This document shows positions 18,250-29,232 of a stretch of 64,000 nt of DNA, piece by piece (positions within the stretch are counted from its first letter, which is position 1; the number at the start of each line of letters is the position of its first letter). The notes below the pieces were generated by a model. The model saw only the letters and a program-made list of their open reading frames with translations. It was not told the DNA's origin and searched no databases. Both the position numbers and the translations under genes were made by a program. The DNA comes from a virus (Duplodnaviria > Heunggongvirae > Uroviricota > Caudoviricetes), in IMG/VR virus record IMGVR_UViG_3300036790_000261, positions 24,725 to 88,724 of that record; one strand, given 5' to 3'.

Positions 18250-21200
18250 GTGCCGGCCTACTCAGGCAGCTCCTTCCCGTACTGGATGACGATCCAGGAC
18301 AACGGCTCTACGGCTAACGCCGGCGCTGTGTCTGAGAACATCCCGGTCACGGTCGGCACCAGCTACACGTTCACCGTCTCTGCTGCCTACTCCGGGTTCT
18401 TCTCCGGCGGCGTCAAGCTCACCCTGGAGTGGTTCACCTCCGGCGGGACGCCGATCAGCACGGTGACCGCGACCAGCGGCGCGATGTCTCCCGACGAGAT
18501 CGTCACCTTTTCTACGGCCTCGACCGCAGCCCCGTCTAGCGCAGCGTTCGCGATCGCCACCGTTGCGCTGAACGGGCTGCCCGGCGAGGCGAACGTGCTG
18601 TCGGTCTTCGCGGCGGCCGTCACCCCGGCAGGCTCGGTGCCGGTCAACCTGAACTACGCGTTCACCTGGACGTTCTGGCCGTGGACGCCGTCTAACAGCG
18701 CAACCCTCGGCTGGCAGGCCGACCAGTTCCTGCTGAACAACTCCGACTCGCTCACTCTGGCGCACACGATCGAGCTGATGGGCGGCGCCGGCGGTGTCTC
18801 CTGCCAGGCGATCCCCGAGCTACTCGACTCTAACGGCGTCGGCCCCCGTTACCGCATTCTCGCGCCCCCGTCGCTGAACTCCGCGGCGTTCGGCTACGAG
18901 TCGTCTTACGACCTGAACGCCCCGCAGCCGACCCAGGACGTCGTCGCGTCCATGCTGCTCGACGGCGAGCGCCCCTTCGGTACAAGGGCATCCAACAGGA
19001 CCATCTCGCTGCCGGTGATCATCTTCGGCACGCTCGCCGGCGGCATGCGCCAGGTTCTGGCGGCCCGCGAGTACCTGATGTCGCTGATCGACCAGCAGAC
19101 CTGGGAGATCGCCTGGACCCCGGCCGACACCGGTAAGCCGCTGATTTACGACGCGTTCCGGGCGCTGCCGTCCGTCCCGGTCTACGGCATGAACCACTCG
19201 GCTGGCGGTGCCGCGAGCAACTCGACGGTCGGCCGGGCGAACTACCCGATCGCGCTGATCACGCTGACGGTCCAGGCGCTGCCCTACGGGCGCTCAGACA
19301 TCGACGGCGTGCAGACCCTGCCGGTCAGCAACAGCCTGATCAACGCGCCCGTGCCGCCCGGGGCGCAGCTTCTCGACAACTTCTCCGTGGTCACCCCCGG
19401 CATGGGCTGGGTGCAAGACGAGTCCAAGTTCGTTCAGGGCGGTACCGCAAGCATTCGCTACGACGCGCCCGTTCCCCTGTCCAGCCCGTACCCGGCGGCT
19501 GTCTACGCGGCTGCGCTCAGCTCGCCGGTCAGCATCATGGGGCTGCCTGCAGTATCGGTCTGGCTCGGCCAGGCGTATGACACCCAGTGGCCCGCGGCGC
19601 CGACGTTTGCCTCTAACGTCACCCTGGCCTGGACGCTGCTGGACGGCAGCGAGCGCGCCCTGTCATTCTCGACGACTCACAATGCCGCGGCCTGGGGCGC
19701 GTCCCCGTCCACTCCCAAATGGACCCTGGTGTCAGCGCCGGTTCCGCAGGGGAACCAGAACTTCTCCTACGGGAACGTCGTCGCCTACTCAGTGCGGCTT
19801 ACCAACTGGGCCGGCTCGGGCAACACCGGCTTCGTCCGGATGCACGCCTGGCTGAACGACCTGACCGCCAACCCGCAGACCGTCGCCAACCAGGCCAGCC
19901 CCCGCGGCATCTTGTACAACCTGTTCTCACTGCCGGGCAGCGCGCGGGCGCCGGTCAACGTGCAGTGCCAGCTGCCCGCTACCGCGCCCGTCGTGCAGGA
20001 GATCACCAGTCCCGCGTCAGGCACCTGGATCGTGCCGCCCGCGGTGTACGCGCTGCAGGCTGAGGCGTGGGGCGGCGGCGGCAGCGGCGCTACCGTCAAC
20101 CAGTCCCGCCCGACGGCAGGCGCAGGCGGCGGCGGCGGTGAGTACGCGGCTGAGTCGCTGCTGGCAGTTGTCCCCGGGACGGCGATCCCCTACAGCCTTG
20201 GCGCCGGCGGCACCCCGTCCCAGATTCAGCAGACGGTCATCGACCAGACGGTGCCCGGCCTGCACAACTGGGTCGCCCCGGCGAACGTTACCTCCCTGCT
20301 GGTGGAGTGCTTCGGCGGCGGCGCGGCAGGCGCGGCGGGAGCTGGTGGCGGTGGCGCGGGCGGGTACTCGTCCTCGACCCTCACCGTCGTCCCCGGCACC
20401 TCTTACCTGATCTCCGTCGGCGCCGGCGGCATGGCGAACACGGGCACCACCTCGGCGGACAACGCTGCCCGCAACGGCGGTGCCTCCTGGTTCGGCGCGT
20501 CGACGGCGACCGGCCCGTCTAACGCGCTAGTCGCTGCCTCCGGCGGTACCTCACCGCAAACCGGAACCGCAAGCGGAGGCTCAGGCGGTAACAACGCCGG
20601 GTGCCCTGGCACGACGCAGTTCCCCGGTGGCAACGGCGGTCATGCCCCCGGCGGCGGCGGAGGCGGCGGCGGCGGCTGCGGCGGGCACAGTGGTCACGGC
20701 GGGCACGGCCGGGCGCCTAACGCCAACGGCAACGGCGCCGCCTGGTGCGGCAACGGCCAGGGCGGTAACGGCAACGGGCAGGGCGGCGGCGGCGGCAACG
20801 GCTCGTCCGCGCCCGGTACCCCGTCGGGCGGCAGTTCTCCCGGCGGCGGCGGCGGCGGCGGCTTCTGCGGCTCGTTCTTCCAGTTCGCCGCGCAGGCCGC
20901 GCAGGCAACCCCCGGCCAGGCGCAGGTCAACTACATGGGGGCCAACGGCGCCAACGGCATGGTGCAGCTGACCTACGCGATCGGCAACGGAAACCCGGTT
21001 AACGGCGGGGCGACCACCTTCGGCTCCAGCGCCACGACGGGCGTCACCGTGACTGCTAACGGCGGCTCCAGCGCAGCGATCAACGCGGCGACGGGCGCGG
21101 CGGGCGGTTCCGGCTCGGCGAACACGGTTCACGCGTCCGGGGGTGCGGGCGGGCTGGACACCGGTACCTCGATGGGCAGCTGGATGCTCGGCCCGTCGGT

Positions 21201-23484
21201 GAGCTCCCTGTTCCAGACGCTGTCCTCGTTCAGCTACACCACGGCGACGCACACCTCGGGCACCGCGGGCAGTTCGTGCGCGCAGGGCGTCGGCATGGTC
21301 CTCGTCCAGTCGACTGCGCCGGTGCAGGACCTGACCGTGCAGGACTCGGCGGGCAACGTCTACCTGAACCAGGGGCAGCAGGGCGGCGGCACCGGCGGGG
21401 CAACGGGCTGCGTGTACCTGTTCACCGCGCCGCTGGTCTTCCCGATTACCACCGGCACCACCCTGGCCCTGGCCTCGGCGACCGCCCAGCAGTACGGGGC
21501 GATCTGGTACGCCTCACCGTGGGCGCTGGACGCCACCGGCTCCAACACCGGGCAGGCCAACGGCACCGGCACCGCGCTGAGCGGCCAGTTCGGCGTAGCC
21601 GACAACGTCTCCGCGCAGTACGAGCTCGTCGTCGCCTTCAACGCCACCAGCCAGAGCTTCGGCACCCCGACGTTCGGCGGTAAGCTCTGGTACGCCCCTG
21701 GCTCGACGAGCTCACTGACCTCGGGCAGCCTCTCGATGCAGGCGTACGTCGGGCTGAACGAGGGAGGCGGCACCGGAAGCGCTAACGGTGACGCCTTCGC
21801 CCTAACGCTGGGCGGCTCGTCGAGCTGGGCGGTGCTGTGCATCCCGATCCTGGCGGCGAGCCAGCAGGCGTACGTACCGCAGCTCGACTGGCGGGCCGGC
21901 ACCACCCCGGGCACCTCTACTACCTGGGGCACGGACTGCTCAATCTCCGCTGAGGGCATGATCGCGGTGGTCGGCATGGCCGGCTCCGGCAGCGGCATCA
22001 CCGCAGGCCCGTCGGCTGTCTCTGACCAGGGCGGGAACGCCTACACGATCCAGAGCACCACGCTGCTGCCCGCTAACGGCGGGGTAATGTTCCTGGCGAC
22101 CGCCCCGGTGACCGCAGCGATGGCGCAGGGCGCGTCCGGTACCGTCAGCTGGGGTCATGCGTCGGGCGCACCCAATTACTGGACGGCCGCGTACTGGATT
22201 CCCAACGCAACAGGCCTCGACGGGGTGTCTGCTGTCACCGGCAACAGCGGCACCCCGTCGGGGACGTACGCACCGAACAGCACGAGCCCGATGGCGCTGG
22301 CGTTCCTCGGCAACGCGGTCAGTGTTACCGCTGCCTCCGGCATGGCCGCGCCGTGGAACTACCTTGACCTCAACAACCAGAACTACCTGACCGGCCAGAC
22401 GTGGGCCAGCCAGGTTACCGACCGCACGGCCGTTACCGCCGCGACCACGATGACGTCGGACCCGTGGGGGCTGATGCTGATCGGCTTCGCGATGTCCGTG
22501 CGGGCAGCAGGCGGCGGCGCGGCGGGCGGGCCCGGTAACGCGGGGTACCCGTCTACCTTCTACGCGGGCGGCCCCGGGTACTCCGGCGGCGGCAAGGGCG
22601 GGCTCGGCGCGCAGTCCCTGAACACCCAGGGCGGCGGCGCCAGCCTGCCCGGAGGCGGCGGCGGCGGGTCGTTCGGCTCGACCACCACCTCGATCGAGGG
22701 CGGGCAGGGCGGGCAGGGCGCGGCCAGGCTTACCTATTCTCCGCCGCTCACCCCGTTCAACACGCTGCTCGTGCACCGGCCCGGCACTAACGCGAACCAG
22801 AACCTCAACCCGCTGGTGCCCATCCCGTTCTCCGACGTGCCGAATAACACCCAGTACGTCGTCGCCAACGCGGTGCAGCCGAACGTCAACGCGGTGTTCA
22901 ACTCGACCTACTCGGTGCTGCTAGTCAGCCACACCTGGAACTCCGCGACCCTCGGGGTAGCCCGCACGGTCACCGTGACCATCTCGCAGTTTGAGTACCA
23001 GGGCGGCCCGGCCAGCTCGGTGCAGGTCAGCCGGTCGATCGTGCCCGCTACCGACATCGTCAACGGCATCGTCAACATGGGCGACGTCACGTTGCCGATC
23101 AAGGACTACGCCAAGTTCAACGACCAGTCGTACTTCACGGTCTCGATCAACGACACCGACCAGTCGGACCGCTACATGGACGTGCTTTTCCTCGATACGA
23201 CCGGGCAGACTGTCCTGCTGAATATCGACCCGTCGCAGCCGGGCTACAACAGCTACGTCAACTACTACATCGACGAGCCCACCGCCGACCGGGACCTCGG
23301 GTTCATCGGCGGCACCACCCAGGACCGGCAGCACAACGTCTCGCTGATGGAGTACACGTTCATCTCCGGCGGCCCGCTGTACATCGGCGCGGGCGACAAC
23401 CTGCTGCTCACCTACAGTCCAAGTGGGGCGCCCAGTCTAGGGGTATCGTATTCTCCTCGCTGGTACCTAGATAGAATAGTGTGA
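18250..23484 (+). CDS. minor tail protein, glycine-rich (1744 aa)
   Basis: Multiple Gly-rich-domain motifs (VxPGxxYxxxVGAGG). Poly-Gly tracts of up to 13 residues. It lies directly after the tape measure gene. Confidence 0.7.
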   Translation: MPAYSGSSFPYWMTIQDNGSTANAGAVSENIPVTVGTSYTFTVSAAYSGFFSGGVKLTLEWFTSGGTPISTVTATSGAMSPDEIVTFSTASTAAPSSAAFAIATVALNGLPGEANVLSVFAAAVTPAGSVPVNLNYAFTWTFWPWTPSNSATLGWQADQFLLNNSDSLTLAHTIELMGGAGGVSCQAIPELLDSNGVGPRYRILAPPSLNSAAFGYESSYDLNAPQPTQDVVASMLLDGERPFGTRASNRTISLPVIIFGTLAGGMRQVLAAREYLMSLIDQQTWEIAWTPADTGKPLIYDAFRALPSVPVYGMNHSAGGAASNSTVGRANYPIALITLTVQALPYGRSDIDGVQTLPVSNSLINAPVPPGAQLLDNFSVVTPGMGWVQDESKFVQGGTASIRYDAPVPLSSPYPAAVYAAALSSPVSIMGLPAVSVWLGQAYDTQWPAAPTFASNVTLAWTLLDGSERALSFSTTHNAAAWGASPSTPKWTLVSAPVPQGNQNFSYGNVVAYSVRLTNWAGSGNTGFVRMHAWLNDLTANPQTVANQASPRGILYNLFSLPGSARAPVNVQCQLPATAPVVQEITSPASGTWIVPPAVYALQAEAWGGGGSGATVNQSRPTAGAGGGGGEYAAESLLAVVPGTAIPYSLGAGGTPSQIQQTVIDQTVPGLHNWVAPANVTSLLVECFGGGAAGAAGAGGGGAGGYSSSTLTVVPGTSYLISVGAGGMANTGTTSADNAARNGGASWFGASTATGPSNALVAASGGTSPQTGTASGGSGGNNAGCPGTTQFPGGNGGHAPGGGGGGGGGCGGHSGHGGHGRAPNANGNGAAWCGNGQGGNGNGQGGGGGNGSSAPGTPSGGSSPGGGGGGGFCGSFFQFAAQAAQATPGQAQVNYMGANGANGMVQLTYAIGNGNPVNGGATTFGSSATTGVTVTANGGSSAAINAATGAAGGSGSANTVHASGGAGGLDTGTSMGSWMLGPSVSSLFQTLSSFSYTTATHTSGTAGSSCAQGVGMVLVQSTAPVQDLTVQDSAGNVYLNQGQQGGGTGGATGCVYLFTAPLVFPITTGTTLALASATAQQYGAIWYASPWALDATGSNTGQANGTGTALSGQFGVADNVSAQYELVVAFNATSQSFGTPTFGGKLWYAPGSTSSLTSGSLSMQAYVGLNEGGGTGSANGDAFALTLGGSSSWAVLCIPILAASQQAYVPQLDWRAGTTPGTSTTWGTDCSISAEGMIAVVGMAGSGSGITAGPSAVSDQGGNAYTIQSTTLLPANGGVMFLATAPVTAAMAQGASGTVSWGHASGAPNYWTAAYWIPNATGLDGVSAVTGNSGTPSGTYAPNSTSPMALAFLGNAVSVTAASGMAAPWNYLDLNNQNYLTGQTWASQVTDRTAVTAATTMTSDPWGLMLIGFAMSVRAAGGGAAGGPGNAGYPSTFYAGGPGYSGGGKGGLGAQSLNTQGGGASLPGGGGGGSFGSTTTSIEGGQGGQGAARLTYSPPLTPFNTLLVHRPGTNANQNLNPLVPIPFSDVPNNTQYVVANAVQPNVNAVFNSTYSVLLVSHTWNSATLGVARTVTVTISQFEYQGGPASSVQVSRSIVPATDIVNGIVNMGDVTLPIKDYAKFNDQSYFTVSINDTDQSDRYMDVLFLDTTGQTVLLNIDPSQPGYNSYVNYYIDEPTADRDLGFIGGTTQDRQHNVSLMEYTFISGGPLYIGAGDNLLLTYSPSGAPSLGVSYSPRWYLDRIV

Positions 23485-23498
23485 CGGGGGGTACCTGA

Positions 23499-26400
23499 GT
23501 GACCTCGACCCCCCCGAAGCCAAGCCTGCTCAAGTCCACCGCGCTCGCCCAGGCCACGGCGGTGGCCAACCGGCTGAACTCCCTGCTGCCCACGGTGCCG
23601 AGTGCCGAGTCGCCGGTCACCGTGTACCAGGCGGGCACCATCGGGGTGGGCGGGCAGCTGAGCGCGCCTACCTCGGTGTTCCCGGTCGGCACCGGCTATT
23701 ACGGGGTGTGGACGGCGCCGGACCTGAACGACGGCAAGCCGTACACGATGCAGGTGGAGTGCTTCGGCGGCGGCGGCGGCGGCGGGGGCGGGTCCTCCAC
23801 TTCGGGCGGCGGCGGCGGGGGCGGGGCTGAGTACGCCCGGGAGACCTCGTACCCGGTCAAGCCCGGCGTCAACTACGTCTACGTGGTGGGAGTACCCGGC
23901 TCGGCGGGCACGGCGAACAACGACGACAACCAGGGCGCGACCGCGGGCGGCACCGGGGGGCTGACCGTATTTGACATCGCCGGAAGCGGCGTCGCGGGCG
24001 GCGTGCAGGCCAACGGGGGCCAGGGCGGGGATGTCGGCAATACCGGCATCGGCGGGAACGGGGGCCTGGGCAGCTTCAACACCACTGAGTTCCAAGGTGG
24101 CCCGGGTGGTACCAACCTTCCAGGCGGCGGGGGCGGTTCCGGCGGCCAGGGCGGTACCGACAATCCCATCGCACTGCTGAACGCAGGGCTGCTGAGCTCG
24201 CCGCCGGTCGCCTGGTACCTGATGAACGACGCGTCGTCCAACGGGCAGCTGAACGACAACAGCGGCGACGACAACCCGGCTAACCCGGGCAGCTACGGCG
24301 GCGGCGGCCTCGCCTACGGGCAGCCGGGAGCCCCGTCCCAGGTCCCCGCGTACGTCAGCCCCGGCAACCCGCCGAGCTCCCCCAACCCGACGACCGCCGG
24401 AACCCAGCTGCGGTTCGTCCTCGCCCAGCTGAACCAGCAGTCCGGTTACGCGCTGTGCCCCGGCTTCGCCTTCTCCGGGCACCAGGTCACCGTCTCGGGC
24501 TGGGTGACCCCGGACCCGACGGGCACCTGGGGCAACACCGCGACCGGCTCGCGGGCGGTCATCGCCACTAACTGCACGGGGTACGCGAACTCCAGCACCG
24601 CGGGCGTCGCCCTGTACTTCAAGAACTCCGGCACCAGCGCTCACCCGAGCTGGACGCTGAACTTCTACTGCGCTAGCTCAGGCTCGCACCAGACGGTCAG
24701 CGTCAGCGTCCCGCCGGTCGCGAACACCCCGGTCTACGTGGCGGCCACCTTCAGCTCCGGCGCGATGACCGTGTACGTCAACGGCACCTCGGCGGGCACG
24801 GCCACCGCGGGCTTCAGCAGCCTGCCCGGCTTCCCGACGGTGCCGTTCGGCGTGACGCTGGGCGCGGACCCGCGGATCACCACCGACTGGTTCTTCGGCT
24901 ACATGTCCAACCTGTGGTTCTCGCCCGGCGTGCTGAGCTCAGCGGGCGTGACCCAGGCGTTCAGCGGCTCCGGCGGCAGCTCAACCGAGGGCGGGGCCGG
25001 CGGCGGCGCGTCGGGCGGGCCGGCGGCACTCGGCGGCGCCGGGGCGGCAGGCAGCGGGTCGACGGGCGGGGCCGGGGGGACACCCGCTACCCAGCCTGCG
25101 ACAGACGTCGGCCTGAACACCCCGGCCTCAGCGGGCATCGCGGGCGCGGCGGGTAACGCCGGCAACCCGGGTATCACCGGCGCGGCGGGCGCGGGCGGCG
25201 GCGGGGCAGGCAGCTCGACGTCACCCCCGAATATCGTCACCGTCCAGGTGCCGTTCGTCACGGCGGCCTCTTACTGCGGGACGGACGCGACCGGCGGCAG
25301 CGCGGGCACGGTGTACAACCCGGTCATCCAGGGCGCCACCGGGCGGCTGTTCACCGGCGGCCAGTCGCAGGACGCGGCATCGGGCTCCAAGAACTCTCTG
25401 CTGGTCCTGCCGCCCAGCCTGGCGGCCAGCCTGCAGCCGGGCAGCTTCACCGTGCTCCGGGTGACCCTGACGGTAACCAGCGCTAACCCGCAGGCGGCGC
25501 AGAACGCGCTGATGCAGGTCGGCTGGGCGGCCGACACGTTCCTGCCGATCACCTACGACGCGAGTGACACCGCGGGCTCGGCGGGCGTGGTGGAGATCCC
25601 GGCCGGGGCGTTCACCGTCACCGCGGACCTGACCGAGTCTCAGCTGGGCGCGTTCCTGCAAAACGGCGGCGCTAAGGCGCTGGTTCTCGGCCCTGGCCCC
25701 AGCCCGACCTTCGCCGCTTACAACTCCGACACCGCGGCTGACTTCTACACGGCTGTCTACGGGCCGGGCGCGGTAGACAGCGCGGGCAACAGCCTGGCCC
25801 CGTTCCTTACGGTCACCTACGCGCAGTCGACGACCGTGCAGCAGGGGTCGCCCGGCGGCGCGGGCGCGGTGCTGCTGACCTTCCTCAACCAGGCGCAGAC
25901 ACTGGTCGGCAACTGGACCGCCGCGGACGGCATCAACGCCTCCGGCGGCCAGCTCACTGAGACGACGGTCGTACTCGGCTCGACCTTGCAGGACGCTGCC
26001 CGGATGAACGCGATCCGCGAGCAGGTCAGGGCTGAGGTCAAGGCGGAGAACCGCGCGATGATCAGGGAGGCGATGGCCCGGCTCGGCTCGGTTCCGGGGG
26101 CGCCGGGCACCCTGCTCGGCTACACGGCGGGCATGACCACGGTTACCCAGACGACGCCGGGTACCTACACGTTCACCGTGCCTTCTGACGTCACCTCGCT
26201 GAGCGTCGCCTGCTGGGGCGCGGGCGCGGGCGCTACCGGGGGCAGCACCAGCCAGGGGCAGGGCGGCGGCGGCGGCGGCGCGTACGCGGGCGAGCCGAAC
26301 TACAACGCCGCCCCGGGTGACGTGCTCACTTACATTGTCGGGGCGGGCGGCGCCGGGGACCACGTCGGGTCGAATAATTCGCCGGACGGCGGGTTCAGCG

Positions 26401-27464
26401 CGTTCGACACCCTTAACATCGACGGTCCCGGGGTCCTGGCTAACGGCGGCCAGCATTACAGCAGCAGCCGCAACTTCGGGCCCGGCGGCACGACCTCGGG
26501 CAACACCGTCAGCTTCGCCGGCGGCAACGGCGGCCCGCTGAACTCCGGGCAGAACAACGGCTCCGGCGGCGGCGGCTCGGCGGGCGCGGGCGGTAACGGC
26601 GGCGGCGGCAACTCGGGTGTCACCGGCGGCCACGCGGGCTCGGGCGGCGGCGCGGCGGGCGGCGCGGGGTCTACTAACGGCAGCGGCTCAGGCGGCAGTG
26701 CGCCGGGTGCGGGCGGCGGCGGCGCCAGCCAGGGCACCAGTGCGTTCACCGGCGGCTCGGGCGCTAACGGCAAGGTCGTCATTACCTACGTCTCGTCCAC
26801 CGCGCTGGCGACCTCGATCGCGACGGCCTCAGGCAGTGACGCGGCGGGCAACCCGTACCCGACCGGCATCGGCACGACTGAGCTCGCGGTGAGCGGCACC
26901 ACCACGACGGCGAACCAGATGGTCAGCAACACCACCACGACCAACGTGCTCGCCGTCACCACCAACGCCACCGTCGGCGGCAACCACACCGTCACCGGCA
27001 ACGTCGCGGTCGGCGGCGTCATCACCGGCCCGTCGGGCGGCACCCTGGAGTCCAGCAGCGGCGTGCACGTAGCCGGCGCCACCCTGATAGACGGCGGCCT
27101 GACCGTCAGCAGCACCGGGGCGAGCATCAGCGGCGGCACCGACACCGACTCGCTGACGGTCAGCGGCGGCTCGACAACTGAGCTCGCCGCCGGCCTGCAC
27201 GCGGGCGGTGCCATCCTGGCTGACGGCGGGCTGACCAGCACGACCATCGTCACCGCCAACGGCTCCGGTACCAGCGAGTACACCGGCGGCATTCACGCGG
27301 GCGGTGCCGTCCAGGCCGACGGGGGCTTCATCGGGCCGGCCATCCCGGGGTTCCCGGTTTCCATGGGCGTGACCATCGGCACTGTGTCCGGCTCCGGCTC
27401 CAACGTGATTGCTACCGGCGGGCTCGTCAACCTGCTCAACGCCATCAACTCGGCACTGACTTAG
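23499..27464 (+). CDS. minor tail protein, glycine-rich with a LamG/concanavalin-like domain (1321 aa)
   Basis: Two Gly-rich domains (VECFGGGGGGGG..., VACWGAGAGATGG...). A LamG-like block at about 24420-24950 (VSGWVTPD...LYFKNSG...VYVNGTSAG). Confidence 0.7.
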   Translation: MTSTPPKPSLLKSTALAQATAVANRLNSLLPTVPSAESPVTVYQAGTIGVGGQLSAPTSVFPVGTGYYGVWTAPDLNDGKPYTMQVECFGGGGGGGGGSSTSGGGGGGGAEYARETSYPVKPGVNYVYVVGVPGSAGTANNDDNQGATAGGTGGLTVFDIAGSGVAGGVQANGGQGGDVGNTGIGGNGGLGSFNTTEFQGGPGGTNLPGGGGGSGGQGGTDNPIALLNAGLLSSPPVAWYLMNDASSNGQLNDNSGDDNPANPGSYGGGGLAYGQPGAPSQVPAYVSPGNPPSSPNPTTAGTQLRFVLAQLNQQSGYALCPGFAFSGHQVTVSGWVTPDPTGTWGNTATGSRAVIATNCTGYANSSTAGVALYFKNSGTSAHPSWTLNFYCASSGSHQTVSVSVPPVANTPVYVAATFSSGAMTVYVNGTSAGTATAGFSSLPGFPTVPFGVTLGADPRITTDWFFGYMSNLWFSPGVLSSAGVTQAFSGSGGSSTEGGAGGGASGGPAALGGAGAAGSGSTGGAGGTPATQPATDVGLNTPASAGIAGAAGNAGNPGITGAAGAGGGGAGSSTSPPNIVTVQVPFVTAASYCGTDATGGSAGTVYNPVIQGATGRLFTGGQSQDAASGSKNSLLVLPPSLAASLQPGSFTVLRVTLTVTSANPQAAQNALMQVGWAADTFLPITYDASDTAGSAGVVEIPAGAFTVTADLTESQLGAFLQNGGAKALVLGPGPSPTFAAYNSDTAADFYTAVYGPGAVDSAGNSLAPFLTVTYAQSTTVQQGSPGGAGAVLLTFLNQAQTLVGNWTAADGINASGGQLTETTVVLGSTLQDAARMNAIREQVRAEVKAENRAMIREAMARLGSVPGAPGTLLGYTAGMTTVTQTTPGTYTFTVPSDVTSLSVACWGAGAGATGGSTSQGQGGGGGGAYAGEPNYNAAPGDVLTYIVGAGGAGDHVGSNNSPDGGFSAFDTLNIDGPGVLANGGQHYSSSRNFGPGGTTSGNTVSFAGGNGGPLNSGQNNGSGGGGSAGAGGNGGGGNSGVTGGHAGSGGGAAGGAGSTNGSGSGGSAPGAGGGGASQGTSAFTGGSGANGKVVITYVSSTALATSIATASGSDAAGNPYPTGIGTTELAVSGTTTTANQMVSNTTTTNVLAVTTNATVGGNHTVTGNVAVGGVITGPSGGTLESSSGVHVAGATLIDGGLTVSSTGASISGGTDTDSLTVSGGSTTELAAGLHAGGAILADGGLTSTTIVTANGSGTSEYTGGIHAGGAVQADGGFIGPAIPGFPVSMGVTIGTVSGSGSNVIATGGLVNLLNAINSALT

Positions 27465-27472
27465 GAGGCGGC

Positions 27473-29200
27473 ATGGCCTTTGAGAAGCTCGACGCCACCC
27501 TGCTGTGCACGTGGGCACCCCCGCTGCCGCGCCGCGCGTTTCCTATTCAGGCGGCCGGGGTGACCAGTGACGGGATCAGCCTGGGCGGGGTGGCGGTCAA
27601 CGGGCAGCGGTACGGGTACTTCCTGCTGAACACCAGCCAGTGGCCGGTGAGCGCGAGCCTGAACCTGCCGCCGGTGAACGTGGGGGAGCGGTTCCAGCTG
27701 TGCACCGCCGCCTCCGGGTCAACGTTCCCGCCGATGCCCGCGTTCGCCACCGGGCAGGCGCTGCCCGCGTCCCTGGTCTCCGGGTCCGGCAGCGGCAGCA
27801 GCGCCCCGGCGCCCGACCTGTTTGACGTCTTCCTGATGTTCAACACGGAGTACGTCAAGAAGGACCCGACGCTGTGCTCCGTGGTTTCCACCCGGCAGAA
27901 CTCAGCGAACTCCTGGTACGTGTACTACTCGCCGTACAACCCGACGGTGACGGTGACGCCGAACAAGGACGGGTTCGTCACGGTACCGGAGCTGTCGAAC
28001 CCGAAGTGGCTCGGCCAGGCGGGGCACGTCGCCGGCCTGAACTACACCTACGCGATCCCGGGCGGCCCGGACCAGCTGACCTGCCTGCTGCAGGTTGAGC
28101 CGAACTACCGGACCGACGCGATCAACCCGGGACGGGTGGTCACCGCGCACCGCGGCGGCTCCTGCATCTGGGAGGGCACCCTGACCGAGCCGACCCCGTC
28201 CCCGACCGGCTGGCAGCTGACCGCCAACGGCTGCGGTACCTACGGCAGCAACTTCAGCGCCTGGTGGCAGCTGAGCTACCCGGACTCCTGGTCGGTGGAC
28301 GGCCCGATTGACCTGGCGATCGCCCGCGGGCTGCGCTGGACGAACCTCGGGCTGAATAACCCGGGCGGCATCTACCTCGGGCCGGTGCAGAACCCGGGGT
28401 CGCTGACCATGACTGACTTCATGAACCTGCTGTGCACCGGCGGGGCGCTGTCCTGGCAGCTGGTGCAGCCGCCGTCAGCGAGCTCGTTCCCGCCGGGCCC
28501 GTGGGTGATCGACCTGTTCCCGCTGCCGACTGACACCTCAGGCAACCCGATTGCGTCGGCGCCGAGCAACGTCTTGTCCTCCCAGCTGTTCACCTTTAAC
28601 CGGTGGTCCCGGTCAGACCTGTCGTCCACCTTGTCCCGGCGACCGCCGGACCTGTACGTCGTCAACACGAACCCGATCGGCCGGACGATCACTGCCGACA
28701 TCAACACGATCGTGATCTACTACCAGGTCACGGCGGATACCACCGCGACCAGCACCGACGCGGCCGTCGCGGCGACCTACGGCACCACGTTCGCGGACAT
28801 CCCCGCCTCCGTCGCGATGCACGGGCGGCTGGAGTACTTCCTGGACGTCAGCTCAGCCGGGGTGATGACCCAGCCGCAGGCCGCGGCAATCGGGCAGAAC
28901 GTGCTGAGCAAGTACGTGCGGGCGAACTTCTCCGGCAGCTTCACCGTGCAGCCGGGACAGCTGCTGAACGTCGGCGGCTTCCCTGTTGACCTCGGCTGCA
29001 ACTGGGGCGGTTACATGGCCTCGGTGCAGGTGGAGAACTTCGCGGCCGGCGGCGAGGTCGGCTTCGCGCCGATGACGTTTCAGATCGGGGAGTACGCCTT
29101 CGACGACGACACCCAGACGGCAACGGTTACCCCGTACCAGAACGCGCGGAACGACCTGGCGAGCGTTGTTGCGCAGCTTTATCCCGGGAAGTTTTCCTGA
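27473..29200 (+). CDS. minor tail protein
   Basis: 575 aa, Ser/Thr/Pro-rich, the last gene of the tail module. Confidence 0.5.
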   Translation: MAFEKLDATLLCTWAPPLPRRAFPIQAAGVTSDGISLGGVAVNGQRYGYFLLNTSQWPVSASLNLPPVNVGERFQLCTAASGSTFPPMPAFATGQALPASLVSGSGSGSSAPAPDLFDVFLMFNTEYVKKDPTLCSVVSTRQNSANSWYVYYSPYNPTVTVTPNKDGFVTVPELSNPKWLGQAGHVAGLNYTYAIPGGPDQLTCLLQVEPNYRTDAINPGRVVTAHRGGSCIWEGTLTEPTPSPTGWQLTANGCGTYGSNFSAWWQLSYPDSWSVDGPIDLAIARGLRWTNLGLNNPGGIYLGPVQNPGSLTMTDFMNLLCTGGALSWQLVQPPSASSFPPGPWVIDLFPLPTDTSGNPIASAPSNVLSSQLFTFNRWSRSDLSSTLSRRPPDLYVVNTNPIGRTITADINTIVIYYQVTADTTATSTDAAVAATYGTTFADIPASVAMHGRLEYFLDVSSAGVMTQPQAAAIGQNVLSKYVRANFSGSFTVQPGQLLNVGGFPVDLGCNWGGYMASVQVENFAAGGEVGFAPMTFQIGEYAFDDDTQTATVTPYQNARNDLASVVAQLYPGKFS

Positions 29201-29232
29201 AACTTTAACTGAGAACGTGCTAGCTTCAAGGC

